Source: Squalus acanthias (Eukaryota). Taken from it: DNA of 64,000 nt. A model generated the notes under the pieces. It saw only the letters and a program-made list of their open reading frames with translations, was not told the origin of the DNA and ran no database searches. The translations under genes were made by a program, and so were the position numbers. Numbering within the stretch: the first letter of the stretch is position 1; each line of letters starts with the position of its first letter. The DNA is taken from NCBI GenBank assembly GCA_030390025.1, contig CM059433.1, forward strand, positions 30,878,001 through 30,942,000, given 5' to 3'. This document shows, piece by piece, positions 62,912 through 64,000 of the stretch.

Positions 62912-63075
62912 GCATCATACACCATTGCTCTTTCCCTCCCCTTCTTTCTTTGACTCTGTATTTGCTTAAAAGCTGTACATCTCTAAACATCTTCCAGTTC
63001 TGATGAAAGGTCATCAACTTGAAATATTAACTCTGTTTCTCCCCCGACAGATGCTGAGTGTTTTCTGTTTTTATT
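62912..63075 (+). mobile_element. Older Penelope pLTR fragment with a degenerate hammerhead at 62996-63032
   Basis: ttgcttaaaagctgtacatctctaaacatcttccAGTT-CTGATGA-AAGGTCATCAACTT-GAAA-TA-TT-AACTctgtttctc aligns with 56068-56150. Confidence 0.8.
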
Positions 63076-63859
63076 ATAGCTAATAACCATAACTGTTGGT
63101 AGAAGCTGAAATTCCTCTTTTTCCCCCCAAAATGCGGGAGTTTTGCCTTTTCAATGTTCCCGAGCAGCAAGTATGAGTTTGTGCATTCCTATGTTTTTAA
63201 CATTCAAGTCCTCTGAACAAGATGTTACTTAACTGTAACAAATCACAGCCAACCTCAGTGTACCTGCGAGAATAAGCCTTTAACACCTTCCAAAACAGCT
63301 AACGAGCTACTTAATTAGTACAAGTGGTGAGAAGTTTTTTGTCGCAAGCAAAGGCACAACTTCAGTATTTGACTGCCTCAGAGAGCACTCCCAGGCATTG
63401 ACAAGTGGGGGTTGTATACTATTCGCATACTGATGGGATAATAGTCCTAACTAGAGGGCTCACTAAAAGCCTGTAGCTTGAGGTTTGTAGCAATTTTATC
63501 TCTCTAATACCCTCGGGTTGCCAACTCTGGTTGGACATATTCCTGGAGGTTTCAACACATCACCTTCAACACATCGCCTTCAACCACTCCAAAATTAGCA
63601 CCCCCCACGCTCCCGCAATTGGGCGCCTGACACATCCAACCACGCACCTCCCCTCACCAATTGGAAAGTGAACGGACCCGCCATTACCCAATTGGATGAT
63701 TCCTGACTGTCAATCAAACAACTATTTTTCTTTCCCATCTCCAATATTTTTCTAACTAATAAATGATAGTGTCCAAAGAAAATGAAGAAAATAACACACA
63801 GATTTTTAATGCCCCTATGATTTTTCTCCTGGGTTGCTCGCAGTGGTGTCCTGGGGATT

Positions 63860-64000
63860 AACATAGAAACATAGAAACATAGAAGATAGGAGCAGGAGTA
63901 GGCCATTCGGCCCCTCGAGCCTGCTCCGCCATTCAATGAGATCATGGCTGATCATCCAAATTCAGTACCCTGTCCCTGCCTTTTCCCCATATCCCTTGAT
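63860..64000 (-). mobile_element. CR1 3' end, running off the window
   Basis: (aacataga)n tail and a reverse-complement match to 44965-45103. Confidence 0.88.

Noticed and set aside
59905..62915. GCAT as a target-site duplication of the Penelope element
   Set aside because: It is only 4 nt and the 5' boundary is uncertain, so it could be chance.
63515..63560. hAT-like terminus gggttgccaac (also reverse at ~42455-42467)
   Set aside because: Only one end is identifiable at each site, so no element can be delimited.

Overview
Eukaryotic vertebrate DNA, most likely a cartilaginous fish (shark), inferred from the repeat families. The window lies inside a large minus-strand gene with two in-phase EGF-repeat exons (49559-49704 and 3447-3618) that best match EYS, separated by a 45,940-nt intron. 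Most of the rest is transposon-derived: many CR1 and L2 LINE fragments, DeuSINE/SacSINE1-like and older SINEs, and at least four PIF/Harbinger elements. Two of the Harbingers carry both a transposase and a spliced Myb/SANT gene. There are also several MITEs, a full-length young CsRn1-clade Gypsy LTR element (50862-55240), a ~6.9-kb compound minisatellite and an uninterrupted Neptune-type Penelope-like ORF (RT plus GIY-YIG). The most notable signal is a set of minimal hammerhead ribozyme motifs in the Penelope termini. The intact copy stops at the predicted self-cleavage site, and two inverted Penelope-like relics have their breakpoints in or beside ribozyme-like sequence. No CRISPR array, rRNA or true tRNA gene was found. 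Family names come from recalled motifs and consensus sequences, not from database searches, and boundaries of decayed repeats are approximate.
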